Source of the DNA: Octopus vulgaris
Lineage: Eukaryota
Direction of reading: 5' to 3'
NCBI GenBank assembly: GCA_951406725.2
Contig: OX597824.1
Location: 77,004,001 to 77,068,000, forward strand
DNA length: 64,000 nucleotides
The notes below the pieces were generated by a model. The model ran no database searches. It was not told the origin of the DNA and worked only from the letters and a program-made list of their open reading frames with translations. Below, in pieces: positions 24,286 to 37,915 of the stretch. Within the stretch, counting starts at the first letter, position 1; the number at the start of each line of letters is the position of its first letter. The position numbers were made by a program, and so were the translations under genes.

Positions 24286-24456
24286 GGCGCAAGAGTGGCT
24301 GTGTGGTAAGTAGCTTGCTTACCAACCACATGGTTCCGGGTTCAGTCCCACTGCGTGGCATCTTGGGCAAGTGTCTTCTGCTATAGCCTCGGGCCGACCA
24401 ATGCCTTGTGAGTGGATTTGGTAGACGGAAACTGAAAGAAGCCTGTCGTATATATG

Positions 24457-24500
<44 letters not shown>

Positions 24501-24504
24501 CATA

Positions 24505-24540
<36 letters not shown>

Positions 24541-24773
24541 TGTATGTATGTGTGTGTATATGTTTGTGTGTGTGTGTTTGTCCCCCTAGCATTGCTTGAC
24601 AACCAATGCTGGTGAGTTTACGTCCCCGTAACTTAGCGGTTCGGCAAAAGAGACCGATAGAATAAGTACTGGGCTTACAAAGAATAAGTCTCGGGGGCGA
24701 TTTGCTCGACTAAAGGCGGTGCTCCAGCATGGCCGCAGTCAAATGACTGAAACAAGTAAAAAGAGTAAAAGAG
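24286..24773 (+). mobile_element. SINE-B with expanded internal microsatellite
   Basis: Full-length. The internal TA/TATG tract is ~130 bp. Confidence 0.9.
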
Positions 24774-24778
24774 AAAGT

Positions 24779-24826
<48 letters not shown>

Positions 24827-25074
24827 CGCACGCGCATAGAGCAAGGTACATCATTGGACAAATATTTTGGCATTAAAACACTTAAATTCAATTTCGTTGT
24901 GGAACTGTTAGTGGCCAAGTAGAATGACAAAAACGTTGACACATCGAGAAATAAATAAAAATTTTCTTTTCTTTTTACGTGTTTTAGGGAATTTAAATGG
25001 TGCTACCATAAAGCACTTATTTTAATTTCATCACAAGATCCTACACCACACGCACATGCACATACGTACATACA

Positions 25075-25130
<56 letters not shown>

Positions 25131-25302
25131 CCTGCTCGCTTAGCCAGCGGGGTGGCGTCATTCAAAGGCTAAAACAATGCAAACGCATTGTGACCAGCGA
25201 TGTGTAACAACATCTGATGGTCTGGTCGGAAAAAAAATATATATATATCAATCAATAAATGGTGGGGTTGTGTTGACCGCACGTGGGGAAATGATAAGCG
25301 AG

Positions 25303-25545
25303 GAAAAATTATAAAAAGGCAGAATGCTAAATTGAAGGTAAATTTTAATAAAAGTGGGTGTATGGAAAATTTTTTAAAATTAAAAAAATTATTAACTCTT
25401 ACCGGTTTTCAACGCAATTTGAAAATTTGCATTGCGATGAAAACCGATTAGAGCTAATATTAAAAAAAAATTTCTTTAACTTTCCATACACCCACTTTAA
25501 TTAAAATTTACCTTCAATTTAGCATTCTGCCTTTTTATAATTTTC
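25303..25545. repeat. ~240-bp fold-back palindrome
   Basis: aaaattataaaaaggcagaatgctaaattgaaggtaaattttaat.aaagtgggtgtatggaaa pairs with its reverse complement ending at 25545. Pairing continues imperfectly to a central cgcaat...attgcg. Confidence 0.92.
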
Positions 25546-25571
25546 TGCTATTTTTCATATATATATATATA

Positions 25572-25628
<57 letters not shown>

Positions 25629-25629
25629 T

Positions 25630-26527
25630 GGGTACCAAGGTTTCTAAAAATTTTTAAGGCAAGAAGAAAATGGCGTTGGAGCGTGAGAATTGGACGTTGC
25701 AGATGAAGTTTTGTGTGTGTGTGCGCGCGCACGTGGTGTGACAGTGGAGAGTTGGATGTGTGGACAGTGAGGGAGACTGGAATCCAGTAAGTTGGTGTAT
25801 GGAAAGAGTGTAGGAACACGGAGGTACTCAAGTTTGCATCAACTGTCCTGACTTGTTTTGAAAACTCTCCCGAAAAGCAAATGCAAATAAGATTTATTCC
25901 TCTCAGACCTGGGCTCCTCTGTCAAACTCTTGAGCAAAAATAAATAAATATATAAATACTTGCATATACGACTCAAGAGGCAAACTAATGGACGGAACCC
26001 ACTGCATTTCTTTTTCTATGTGTGATGTTTATTACCTATTTCTTTACTACCCACACAGAGAAGACAAACAAGGACAGACAAACGAATTAAGTCGATTATA
26101 TCGACCCCAGTGCGTAACTGGTACTTATTTAATCGACCCCGAAAGGATGAAAGGCAAAGTCGACCTCGGCGGAATTTGAACTCAGAACGTAGAGGCCGAC
26201 GAAATACCGCTAAGCATTTCGCCCGGCGTGCTAACGTTTCTGCCAGCTTTACCGGGAATCCAGCGGAGATGAAGTTTAATTTGTTCCAGTTATAGCGGGA
26301 ATATGACGTCACAGGGTTCAAACGAATTCATCTTAATGGGGCAGTATGATACTGCTAGGCACAGATAAAGGCAATAGTCGAGGGAAATTTTAAGGGTTGA
26401 TAGGCCATTGCCGTGGGGCCATGACAGGGTATAGTGATTTAATGTTCATGTTGAAAACGAGTTTTGGATTGACCACGCGGAAAAGAGAATGAGTTATAGA
26501 GGTTTAGGACATTGTTAGTGTCTTTCG
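25630..26527 (-). pseudogene. Penelope-like element reverse-transcriptase relic, split by a SINE-A
   Basis: 26527-26300 reads [16 protein letters not shown]...KLVFNMNIKSLYPVM/PHGNGLSTLK...PSSIIL...EFV*TL, cf. PLE RT IRDTxHAL...FTMDVKSLYTxIPHxxGLxAL...PSTxTLLRLAELVLTL. Weaker linker-like similarity (IPVSLTVH) at 25960-25630. Confidence 0.7.
26034..26248 (-). mobile_element. SINE-A
   Basis: Reverse copy with CpGs intact. Confidence 0.9.
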
Positions 26528-26874
26528 TGTATATATATATATATATACGTATACATATATATGTATATATATATGTATACATATATGTATGTATATATAT
26601 ATATATATGTATATATAGATGTATATATGTATGTATATATATATATATATGTTGTTATATTTCGGAATGGTCATATTGCCAGTTTAGCCAATAAAAACAC
26701 ACGCACTATATATTTGGTGTTATTTTGCTTCAGTGATATTTATTTTTTACATTAATCTTAATCTTATTTCGGCCAATCTTATTTGCACAACAAATATTTA
26801 AACGTATATATATATGTATGTATATATATATGTATATATGTGTATATATATGTATATGTATATATATATGTGTG

Positions 26875-26909
<35 letters not shown>

Positions 26910-26945
26910 ATACACAAATGTATATGTATGTATATTTATATATAC

Positions 26946-27038
<93 letters not shown>

Positions 27039-27945
27039 GCAGCGACGAATGGTGATGATATTTTGTTAAGTTCGGATGAGGTGGAGAAAAATGTCTTGGG
27101 CAGGAAGGTGCTTAGCTTAAATTTTTCTTATACCTGACCTTCACCCACTTCTCGATCGCTTTTCATTTCTCTTCCCTTCTTCCCTTTCTTTTATTTCCTG
27201 TCAATGTATGCAAATGTATGCAAACACACAATGTATTCCGTTCCCCAGTTGCAGCCTGTTGCTTAGGCGCTGATGATGTAAAATGCTGCTGACTTATACA
27301 TTTTCCTTCCAATTATCTCAGCCCCGAAGTCATCTCTCCCCAAAACATTGGATTCTCCATTCCCTGTGGTTATTTCATTGTACTATTTTGTAAAAGTTTG
27401 CTACGTCCGTACACTCACACTTTACACATGCACATACACCCCACTAAAGACACACATATACGCACATTATATGTATATAGATTAGAAAGATTAGAAAGAT
27501 TAGATTAGATATGTATATATATGTATATATATATGGGGACTTATGGAGGGTCTAAGTTGGTAACAAAAAACAGGAGGGTGAAAAGAAGCAGTAAGGGCTG
27601 CTAAGCTATAAAGAGGTGAGGTGGTGAGCACTGAAGGAACAAGCTTTAACAGGAGAAAAATAGGAGAGGAGACAGACAAGAATGTGTGTGGTCTGTGTGG
27701 AAGATCAAAAGGAAAGAAAGATGGCCGATGGACACGTGTGAGCAAGGAGAGTAAAAGAAGACCAGTGAGAAAGAGAGAAGGGCAGATAGAGAGCGGTGAA
27801 GAGTAGAGGAAAGAAATTAGAGAAAGGATGAGAGAGAAAAAAGGAAAGGAGAAGAAAGGGAGATAGAAAAATTTTCAGAAAGGAAGAGAGAGGAAACGAA
27901 AGGAACAGTACAGGGATTCACATGAAAATTATAATAATATGAACA

Positions 27946-27992
<47 letters not shown>

Positions 27993-28233
27993 CAAATATG
28001 TACATATTTGCATATATATGTATATACATAGGCATATATGAGTACAAGGCATCATAAAATTTAAGGAAAGTGAAATACAAAAACATGGAATACGAACGTT
28101 TTTTGCAAAGAATGAAAGAAACGAATGGAAAACAAGACAAGACATAAAAAATGACCCTTCATCAGTTGTCGGCTGTTTATTTACTCCAGATTTTGAGCAT
28201 TTATGACAAGATGTGTCTTCAAGAAAATATATG

Positions 28234-28334
<101 letters not shown>

Positions 28335-28411
28335 ATATATATATATATTTGTATATATTTCTATATCTATATATGTATATATCATCATTATCATCATCGT
28401 TTAACGTCCAA

Positions 28412-28486
<75 letters not shown>

Positions 28487-29035
28487 TGTGTATATATAAA
28501 TACACACAAACATATGCATGTAAGTGTACATATATATGTATACATATTCATGTATGTTTGTACGCATGCACACACTCACACACACACACACTCACACATA
28601 TATTCATGTGGATGTGTATATATACACATACATATGCATGTGTGCTTGTGTGTATATATGTATATATACATTCACAATGATTATGTGTGTGTGTATATAT
28701 ATATATAATGGATATCCGTAATGTATGTATCAATACATATGATATGCATTAATGTGTGTGTGTTAATATATATTTTGGGATACACATGATGTATGTATAC
28801 ACACATAACATGTATATATATATATATATATACATATATATTTATATAACATGTGTGTATACAATATAATGCATGCACACATACATATATGCAAATATAT
28901 ATATATGTACATATGTGTATGTGTTGTCATCATCATCATGCACGTTAAATGATAATGACGATGATGATGATGATGATAATACATACAGATGTACATAGTA
29001 TATGCATAAATATATAGTTATATGCATATGTAGAT

Positions 29036-29341
29036 ATCACGTGATCACGTGACCGACCAGTCCATCAGGTGTAGTTACACATCGCTGGTCACAATGCGTT
29101 TGCATTGTTTTAGCCTTCGAATGACGTCACCCCGCTGGCTAAACGAGCAGGCCAACAGAAGAGTGGGAGAAAGAGTGGTGAAAGAGTACAGCAGGGATCA
29201 CCCCCCCCCCCCTGCTGGAGACTCGTGGAGCTTTTCAGGTGTTTTCGCTCAATAAACACTCACAACACCCTGTCTGGGAATCGAAACCGCGATCCTACGA
29301 CCGCGAGTCCGCTGCCCTAACCGCTGGGCCATTGCACCTCC
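29036..29341 (-). mobile_element. SINE-D
   Basis: tRNA-like head ggaggtgcaatggcccagcggttagggcagcggactcgcgg...gtttcgattccc. Tail ...ggtcggtcacgtgatcacgtgata. Other copies at 58342-58635 and (tail only) 25127-25229. Confidence 0.85.
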
Positions 29342-29363
29342 ACATATGTATATGTACAGTATA

Positions 29364-29654
29364 GGAGCACTCCGTCGGTTTCGACGATGAGGGTCCCAGC
29401 TGATACGATCAATGGAACAGCTTGCTCGTGATATTAATGTGCAAGTGGCTGAGCACTCCACAGACACGTGCACCTTTAACGTAGTTCTCGGGGAGATTCA
29501 GCGTGATACAGAGTGTGACAAAGCTGGCCCTTTGAAATACAGGTACAAGAGAAACAGGAAGAAAGAGTGAGAGAAAGTTGTGGTGAAAGAGTACAGCAGG
29601 GTTCACCACCACCCCCTGCTGGAGCCTTGTGGTGCTTTAGGTGTTTTCGCTCAA
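29364..29654 (-). mobile_element. Chimeric SINE: D-type body plus C tail type 2
   Basis: 29550-29654 matches the SINE-D body. 29364-29546 matches the tail of 13920-14242. Confidence 0.75.
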
Positions 29655-30381
29655 TAGTATATATACATATCTTTAAATGTGTATCTGTGTTTGTGTGTGT
29701 TTGTGTTATGCATGCTCACAAAAGCAAGGAGAATGTGAGAGAGAAAATTCAAACTGATAAAGCTGAACATAGAATAATACCGGAGGTTATTATTAGAAGT
29801 ATTTAGGAAATCCGCAAATAAGGGACAAAGATGAACAAATATAATATAATATAATATAATATAATAAAATGAAATATTGCCTACGCCACAACTCCTATCA
29901 CAACCTAAAGACTTATTCATACAGATACACACACACACAGACACATATATAAATGCTCCTGCACATATACACACACAATATAAAGATGACAATAAGCAGT
30001 TTATTTTTCAAATTCTGCATTCCTTTTTGCTTCAGGTACAATAACAATATTTTATAATGATTAATGTATCTTTTATAAAACATTCTTAGAAACATTTTTT
30101 TCTCTATTTTGTCAAAATTCCACTGCTATTACTCATATCACCTCATATCACCACCACCCCTACCGCTGCTGCTGCTGCTACTACTACTACTATTATTTCA
30201 TTGCACAAAGAGTCACAGGTATGGTTGTGTGGTTGAGAAGCTTGCTTCCCAACCATGTGGTCTTGGGTCTAGTCCTACTGTGTGACACCTAAGGTAAATG
30301 TCTTCTATTATATCCCTGAGCTAACCAAACCCTTGAGAGAAACTGAAAGAAGCCCATTGTTTGTGTGTGTATGCTTATTTG

Positions 30382-30607
30382 ACTCTTTTACTCTTTTACT
30401 TGTTTCAGTCATTTGACTGCGGCCATGCTGGAGCACCGCCTTTAGTCAAGCAAATCGACCTCAGGAATTATTCTTTGTAAGCCTAGTACTTATTCTATCG
30501 GTTTCTTTTGCCGAACCGCTAAGTTACGGGGACGTAAACACACCAGCATTGGTTGTCAAGCGATGTTGGGGGAACAAACACAGACACACATACACACACA
30601 CACACAT

Positions 30608-30651
<44 letters not shown>

Positions 30652-30811
30652 CGGGCTTCATTCAGCTTCCGTCTACCAAATCCACTCACAAGGCTTTGGT
30701 CAGCCTGAGGCTATAGTAGAAGACACTTGCCCAAGGTGCCACATAATGGGACTGAACCCAGAACCATGTGGTTGGTAAGCAAGATACTTACCACACAGCC
30801 ACTCCTGCGCC
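30382..30811 (-). mobile_element. SINE-B
   Basis: Full-length reverse copy with partial CpG decay. Confidence 0.9.
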
Positions 30812-30839
30812 TATTTGTGCAATAAAATAATACTTGGTG

Positions 30840-31157
30840 ACCCTGCTGGTGCTGGTGCTACATAAAAAGCATCCAGTCCATACTGTGAAGTGGTTAGTAT
30901 TTGGAAGGGCATCCAGCCATAAAAGCCATGCCAGAACTGACCTTACTTGTGCTGGTGCCACGTAAAAAGCACTCAATCTGCACTTCAGGTTGGTTGGTGT
31001 TAGGAAAGGCATCCAGGCATGAAAACCATGCCAAAACAGACAGAGTAGCCTAGTGTAGTCTTCTTTCCGGCCAGCTCCTGTCAAACCATCCAATCCATGC
31101 CAGCATAGAAGATGGACGTTAAATGATGATGATAAGGATGATGATGATGATGATGAT
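30840..31157 (+). mobile_element. Family E retroposon 3' part, ending gacgttaaa-(GAT)n
   Basis: ggttggtgttaggaa.ggcatccag motif and (GAT)n tail, shared with 39813, 48320, 53741 and 54972. An RTE-type tail is inferred. Confidence 0.7.
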
Positions 31158-31689
31158 GTTATGCATATGCTCCTGAGTGTATATGTTTGTACCCTTGTCT
31201 AAGAATCATGTGATGGTTATAAATAAAAATTATCATCGTACAAGTGAGGCTGTTCCTTTCTGGTCTTCTATAAACACACATTTCACTATGGGGAAATATT
31301 ACTTTGCTTGGAAATGGGTGAGAGTCGGCAACAAGAAAGGCATCCAGTTGTAGAAAATCCACCTCAACAAATTCTATCTGACCCATGTGAGAACAAAAGA
31401 TGGACATTGAATAATGATGATGAGTATGCATATAAAATACTGGTTTCTGTGGCTGCTTTGTGTCCATGCTAGCAGTCAGGGTTTTAGACAAGCCTCTAGA
31501 CAGAAAGTACCTTTCTTAGAATGTGGTTTGTTCTAAGGTTGGTAGATTTTTTGGAGCATTCACTTATCTGTCTTGTTGTCCAACCATGTTAGGTGGAGTA
31601 ATATAGTTGAGAATTGACCCTAATGTTCTGATGTTTACTATTACAACTTCTGTATTTGTTGCTGGGCAACCCCTTAACATATTCTGAAA

Positions 31690-31965
31690 TATACCAGTAT
31701 AATCATGATAAAAATTTATCTCAATTTATGCCGGTCACTTTGTAAAAAAATATGGATACATCACTTTAGACAAGTGGTATAATTATGTACCAGAAGAGGC
31801 TCTAAACAAACTTAGTAACGAAAAAATTCTATAAGATTTTGACATCCAGTCAGACAGAACAACAAAATACAACAGACAAGATATAATTATACATGTCATT
31901 ATAAGAAAAAGAAAAAATGTTTTGTAACAGATGCTACAATTCCTTTTGATATAAACACTGCAAAC
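31690..31965 (+). pseudogene. R4/Dong-clade non-LTR retrotransposon, restriction-like endonuclease relic
   Basis: Reads NHDK...SLCKKYGYITLDKWYNYVPEEALNK..NEKIL*DFDIQSDRTTKYNRQDIII...KKCFVTDATIPFDIN, cf. RHDxVA..LCKKY..KWYxHxP..KILWDFxIQTD..NRPDI...IIDVAVPxD. Confidence 0.82.
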
Positions 31966-32450
31966 CAACAGTAAACAAACCTATTATCATTTTTGTTATT
32001 AAGCCATAGCTGAAAGTGTATTAGAAGTGCTGTAAGTTTGTGTCTTGTTTTACCCTTCCAAAGGGTTGCAGAGTGGGCAGATCTATGTTAACCTGTAGAT
32101 TCAGGAGATACCAGACAGAAGGATGGTTAAATTGTGCCTGATTTTAATTGGATCCTGATCTTTTGGTGGGCAAGAACTGGGATGAAGAGATAAGGCATTA
32201 TGAATATCATTTTAGCAAGTTTAAAGTGATTTCTTTCATGCCATAAACCATTTTCATTTCCGCAGTGCCCCTGTCCCTTGATGCCCTAAGCATGTGCTCA
32301 TTTGGCTTAATGAGTTAATCCAGTGCCACTGACAGTACTGCTGTGCCTATAGAGTTTATCCCAAACTCAGCGTTGTACATTCTGAGTTCAAATCCTTTAT
32401 GGGTTGATACAATAAAATAAAGTAATAAAAATTACTAGGGTCGATTTAAC

Positions 32451-32919
32451 TCAGGTATCAAATGTAGATTGGTGAATGCAATTGTCTTCCCAATAGCAAC
32501 ATATGGATGTGAGATCTGGACACTAAAGAAAGCTGACCAGAAGAGAATTAATGCATTCGAGCTTTGGTGTTGGAGAAGACTTTTACAGATTCCATGGACA
32601 GTGAAGCTCACCAATGGAGAAGTTCTTAAGTAGATCAGGCCGAAAATGTCGCTAGAAACTAGGATCACCAAGCCTAGATTGGCATATTTTGGTCATATTA
32701 TGCGGAGAAAATCCCTGGAGAAGGACATCATGCTCGGAATGGTCAGTGACAAGAGAGAAAGAGGCTGACCAAGAACCCACTGGCTTGACACCATCAAGAG
32801 TGATACTGGAATGGACATAGACAATCTGAAAGAAGTGGCCCAGGATAGAAATGACTGGAGGACACTGATCCATCGAGTAACCGAGAGTCGACTTCGACTG
32901 AGCGGATAGATAGATAGAT
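32451..32919 (+). pseudogene. BovB-like RTE LINE 3' fragment
   Basis: One frame: KCRLVNAIVFPIATYGCEIWTLKKADQKRINAFELWCWRRLLQIPWT...YFGHIMRRKSLEKDIMLG...RG*PRTHWLDTIK...DRNDWRTLIHRVTESRLRLSG*. Two internal stops and a (TAGA)n tail. Missed by the ORF track. Confidence 0.92.
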
Positions 32920-33252
32920 CTTTCTTTTTGAAGATGTGTGGCCTTGTGCTTATCTTAGAAGTAAAACTCACTTTCACCTGGCTGCTGAGAAAAAATAGCT
33001 TATCATAACTGGGAAATAACATAAACATGATCAGGATAGATCTTAAAGCTATTTACATAGTGATATAAAGTTGGTCAAGCATATTAATTAAACATATGAT
33101 TGTAACCTTGGTTTGCACATACGTACATATATATATATGCACATGCATATAATTATGTATGTATATGTGGGTGTATGTATTTATATGTATATATGAATAT
33201 ATATGTAAATGCATATATGTATATATGTAATTAAATGTGTATATGTATATAT

Positions 33253-33290
<38 letters not shown>

Positions 33291-33434
33291 CATATGTATA
33301 TATACACATATATATATAAAACATATGTGTGTATATATATATATATATACACACACACCTATCTCACTCCTCTACACACAGACAAAGACGCACACAAACA
33401 TATATATATGTGCATACACAGATGCACACACACA

Positions 33435-33476
<42 letters not shown>

Positions 33477-34182
33477 CACGTGCATATATGTATGCATGTG
33501 TTGTGTGTGTGTGTGTTATATCTAAGCTCATCCATAGTGAAGCTAGAGAATATAGGTTATTTAGTGTGAGTGGCAGAATACACTTTCTACTATTCCAGTG
33601 ACCTAATATAAGAATCAATACCCATTATTAGGTTGAGTTTTATGGACTCAAAGAAAATTATTCCAATAAATAAAACAAAAATTAATGCACATGAAACAGC
33701 AGACATTGGATATATATATATATATATATATATTTATATGAACAAAAGTACTGTAGGAAACAACAAAAAAAAACAAAACAAGAGTAACTATACTTTCTTA
33801 GTGACAAGGTTAGAAAATCTGAAGGAAGAGAATAGTCACCTATATAAACCAACAGTACTTGACTAACACTTAATACGACAACTTATCTCAAGCCATTTAT
33901 GCCCCTCTGTGGAATTGGTAGTCCAAGGGTTTGGGGAAATTATCCATTGTAGCCCTTGTTACTGAGGGTTTTTTTGGTTCATTCACTACTCATGTCCTTA
34001 GTATGTAATTTCTGGTGAAGACCTTGGTACATTTATTCTAAAGTCGATACCGTAGCTATCCCAACAACACTGGATTTCTTGGTCTAGTCACTATTGTTTA
34101 TGGCCCGAAAGCCCTCCAAAACAGACCTGCTAGTTCATTCTCATTAATGCCTATAGTTTCCCCAAGAACATCATTGCTCTAA

Positions 34183-34412
34183 GGCGGTGAGCTGGCAGAA
34201 ACATTAGCACACTGGGTGAAATACTCAGCGGTATTTCGTTTGTCTTTACATTCAGAGTTCAAATTCTGCCAAGGTCAACTTTGCCTTTCATCCTTTCAGG
34301 GTCGATTAAATAAGTACCAGTTATGTACTGGGGTCAATATAATCGACTTTATCCATTTGTCTATCCTTGTTTGTCCCCTCTATGTTTAGCCCCTTGTGGG
34401 CAGTAAAGAAAC
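34183..34412 (+). mobile_element. SINE-A, CpG-decayed, 17-bp TSD
   Basis: TSD aagaacatcattgctct on both sides. Most consensus CG are changed to TG/CA. Confidence 0.9.
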
Positions 34413-34853
34413 AAGAACATCATTGCTCTTGCCCACCTCTAGTTCTCTCTATAATACTAAAGTGGGGCTTCCAGGGATCTGTATTGCTTGATTGTTGATA
34501 GAGGGCAGTGAGTACCTGATGACATTCCAGGTGTCAGCTACATGGTTGGCAAATTTGAGAATTGGGGATGGGAGGCATTAGATGATACCATTGACACCAG
34601 TACCTGGGTGGTACTTCATTTTATTTATGTGGAAGGATGAAAAAGTTGACTGTAGTGGAATTTGATCTCAGAATGTAAAGAACTGGAAGAAATACCACAA
34701 GACATTTTGCCAACATCTAATAATAAAGAAGATGATGATAATAACTTCAGATTTTGGCACAAGACCAGCAAGTTCAAGGTAGTGGGTAAGTTGATGACAT
34801 TGACCCCAGTATTAAACTAGTACTTATTTTATCAACTCCTTAAAGGATGGAAA

Positions 34854-35160
34854 TGGAGGCACATGGCCTAGTGGTTAGAGCAGCAGACTTGCAATCGAGG
34901 GATCGCAGGTTTGAATCTCAGACTGGGCAATGTGTGTGTTTATGAGCGAAACACCAAAGCTCCACAAGGCTCTGGCAGAAGGTAATGGCGAATTTCTGCT
35001 GACTCTTTCGCCACAACTTTCTCTTACTCTTTCCTCCTGCATCTTGCAGCTCGCCTGCAACGGATTGGCGTCCCATCCAGGTGAGGGACCTATACACGAA
35101 GGAAACCAGGAAACCAGCTCTTATAAGCCAAGCATGGCTCGAGAAGGAACAAGCAACAAA
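34854..35160 (+). mobile_element. SINE with D-like head/body and tail resembling C type 1
   Basis: ggaggcacatggcctagtggttagagcagc...gagcgaaacaccaaagctcc...ggattggcgtcccatccag... Confidence 0.65.
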
Positions 35161-36793
35161 GGGTGGAAAGTGAAGATGACTTCAGCAGAATCTAAACTCA
35201 GAATGTGAATAAGTACCAGTTGCGTTTTGGGATTGATGTCATTGACTGTCTTCCTCCAAGGAAAAATGTTGGCTTTGTGCCTCTAGTAAAAAGATTATTA
35301 TTATTATTTCTTTTTTTTTTTGCCACAAGGCAACAGATAAGAGGACCATTAAAAGGACAAACTGCAAATAAAGAGGTAGTTGTTGAGCGGGGTGTTACAC
35401 AAAATTAAGCATGGGAATAAAAAGGCATATAAAAATCGACCAGACTATAGAGAAAGCAAAAATTGTGAAATGTCTCACCCAGCTTCTGTGGAGGGTCAAA
35501 TCAGGTAAAGCCCCATGGATTACAAATTAACCTTAGTGCCAAAAGCAGGGACCTAGGAGTTAATTTTGGCCTACAGACACATGCTGTGAGTGATGGTGAG
35601 GGGCTGGGAGTTAGTGGGATGGTGCCATTCAACTCAAGTTTATAATTTGGATAATTTATTTTACTTTTGGTTTGATGTTTCCGGTTATAGATGAAAGTTA
35701 AATGGTGATAAGCGATGTTATGATTGCTGCTGTGATAACAGTGAGAGCTGTTGGTATTGTTATTGTAGTTGTTTGTGTGTCTGACTTAGTGGAAGAGAGG
35801 AAGATATGTCAATAATTAGAGAGATAGAGAAAGGGGAAGGAAGAGAGAGGTGGGGAGAGAGAGAAGGTTGGTTGGGCATAGAGAGACACATCAAGAGAAA
35901 ATAAGATGATATATGTATTGCATGTGTCTGAGTGTGAACGTTTGTGTGTGTGTGTGTGCATGTGTGTTTTTATATATTAGTTTGTGTGTTTATGTTTGTG
36001 TGTGTTTGCAACAACAGACATCATGTGGAGTCTATATATGTAAGTAAACAAGTCATAATGTGATCAATGGTTATTCCAGTGTTTGATTAGTTATTAAGTT
36101 CTACATACGCTTTTTGTGTTTTGAGTTCTCTATTGTTGAAATATAATTACAACAACAACAACAACAACAGACAAATACAATCAATTGTAGCACAATGGGC
36201 AAGTTTATTCTGCTTATTGCCCAGGGTTCCCCAAAGACTTGCAAATAAATTTGGCAAAGGGAAACTGAAGAAAGCTAACTGTGTATGTATATGTGTGTGT
36301 GCGTGCGTATGTTGTGATACAAGCAGTGTCATTCATTTCCAATATTCAGCAAGAACATGTTTGAGCATGGGGAAATATTACCTTGCTTGGAAACAGATGA
36401 AGGTTGGAGATAGGAAGAGCATCCAGCCATAGAAAATCTGCTTCAATAAACTTTGTCAGTCCTGTGCAGGCATGGAAAGTAGGATATTAAAATGAAGATG
36501 ATGATCATAATATATATGTATATATATATATATATATATACATACATAAAAATCTCTGAACGAGGTATAAACAGTAGCTGCATGACAATGTGAAGTATAT
36601 TTGTCACTTAAATGTGGCTAACCACTAAGAGTGAATGCTACTGTAGCTTGTAGCCCCAGAAGAACATCTTCTCCAGCTGGCCATAGACACACTTTCAGTG
36701 CCCTATCAGTATTTGCAAAGGGAAGCCATCCTTCCCATTGTCGACCTGACGTGATATGCATGGACCCAGGTTTCTGGGTATTTACCCGTTGTC

Positions 36794-36849
<56 letters not shown>

Positions 36850-36857
36850 ATATATAG

Positions 36858-36888
<31 letters not shown>

Positions 36889-37489
36889 CACACATAATAG
36901 TATGTGTGTGTGTATAATGACAAATGCATGCATTTCCACAATTCTCAACTGATTTTCTCCTAACTTTACACACATATTACTTATGTCCCAAGGATGGTCA
37001 TTTAAATTACCAACAACTGTTAGCATTATAGCAAGGCCTTTACATAGTTAGGTAATACACCAGTAGTGCCTATGGAACATTTATCCCTTAGACGGTTGCA
37101 TAACCTCCAACCCATATATATATATATATCATCACTTAATGACTGTCTTTCATGCTCTCTCCTCTAAATATATATGATATAGGTAGGTATATGAGTAAGA
37201 TATGAACTCTGCAAGCCACATTGCCGGCAACTCGTCCAAGAGTTCAGCAATCCTGAATAAGAATACCAGGTTGAAAGGTCCCTTCAGTTTGCTTACAAAG
37301 GACAAAGTCAACCTGACCAGTGCTGGTAACAACAAAAAACATAACCATGTCTAAATTGTAAGATATATACAGTGCCAAAGTTGGTTAGTTTTCTCTGTAA
37401 CATTGTATGCAAGATGGTGCACTATGTACATGACAACTCATCCAGCCTATGCTAAAATGATGTTGACGAAGATGATGCACATATAAACA

Positions 37490-37915
<426 letters not shown>

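Noticed and set aside
8661-27277. Isolated CTGATGA heptamers (8661, 22713, 27269) as hammerheads or C/D-box snoRNAs
   Set aside because: No stem II/GAAA partner and no terminal stem with a D box.
37150-37335. Minus-strand IAELLDELPAMWLA after an acceptor-like ttattcag, reminiscent of the alkaline ceramidase LLDELPM motif
   Set aside because: Short match with an insertion, no upstream catalytic His motif, no clear donor and no neighbouring exons.
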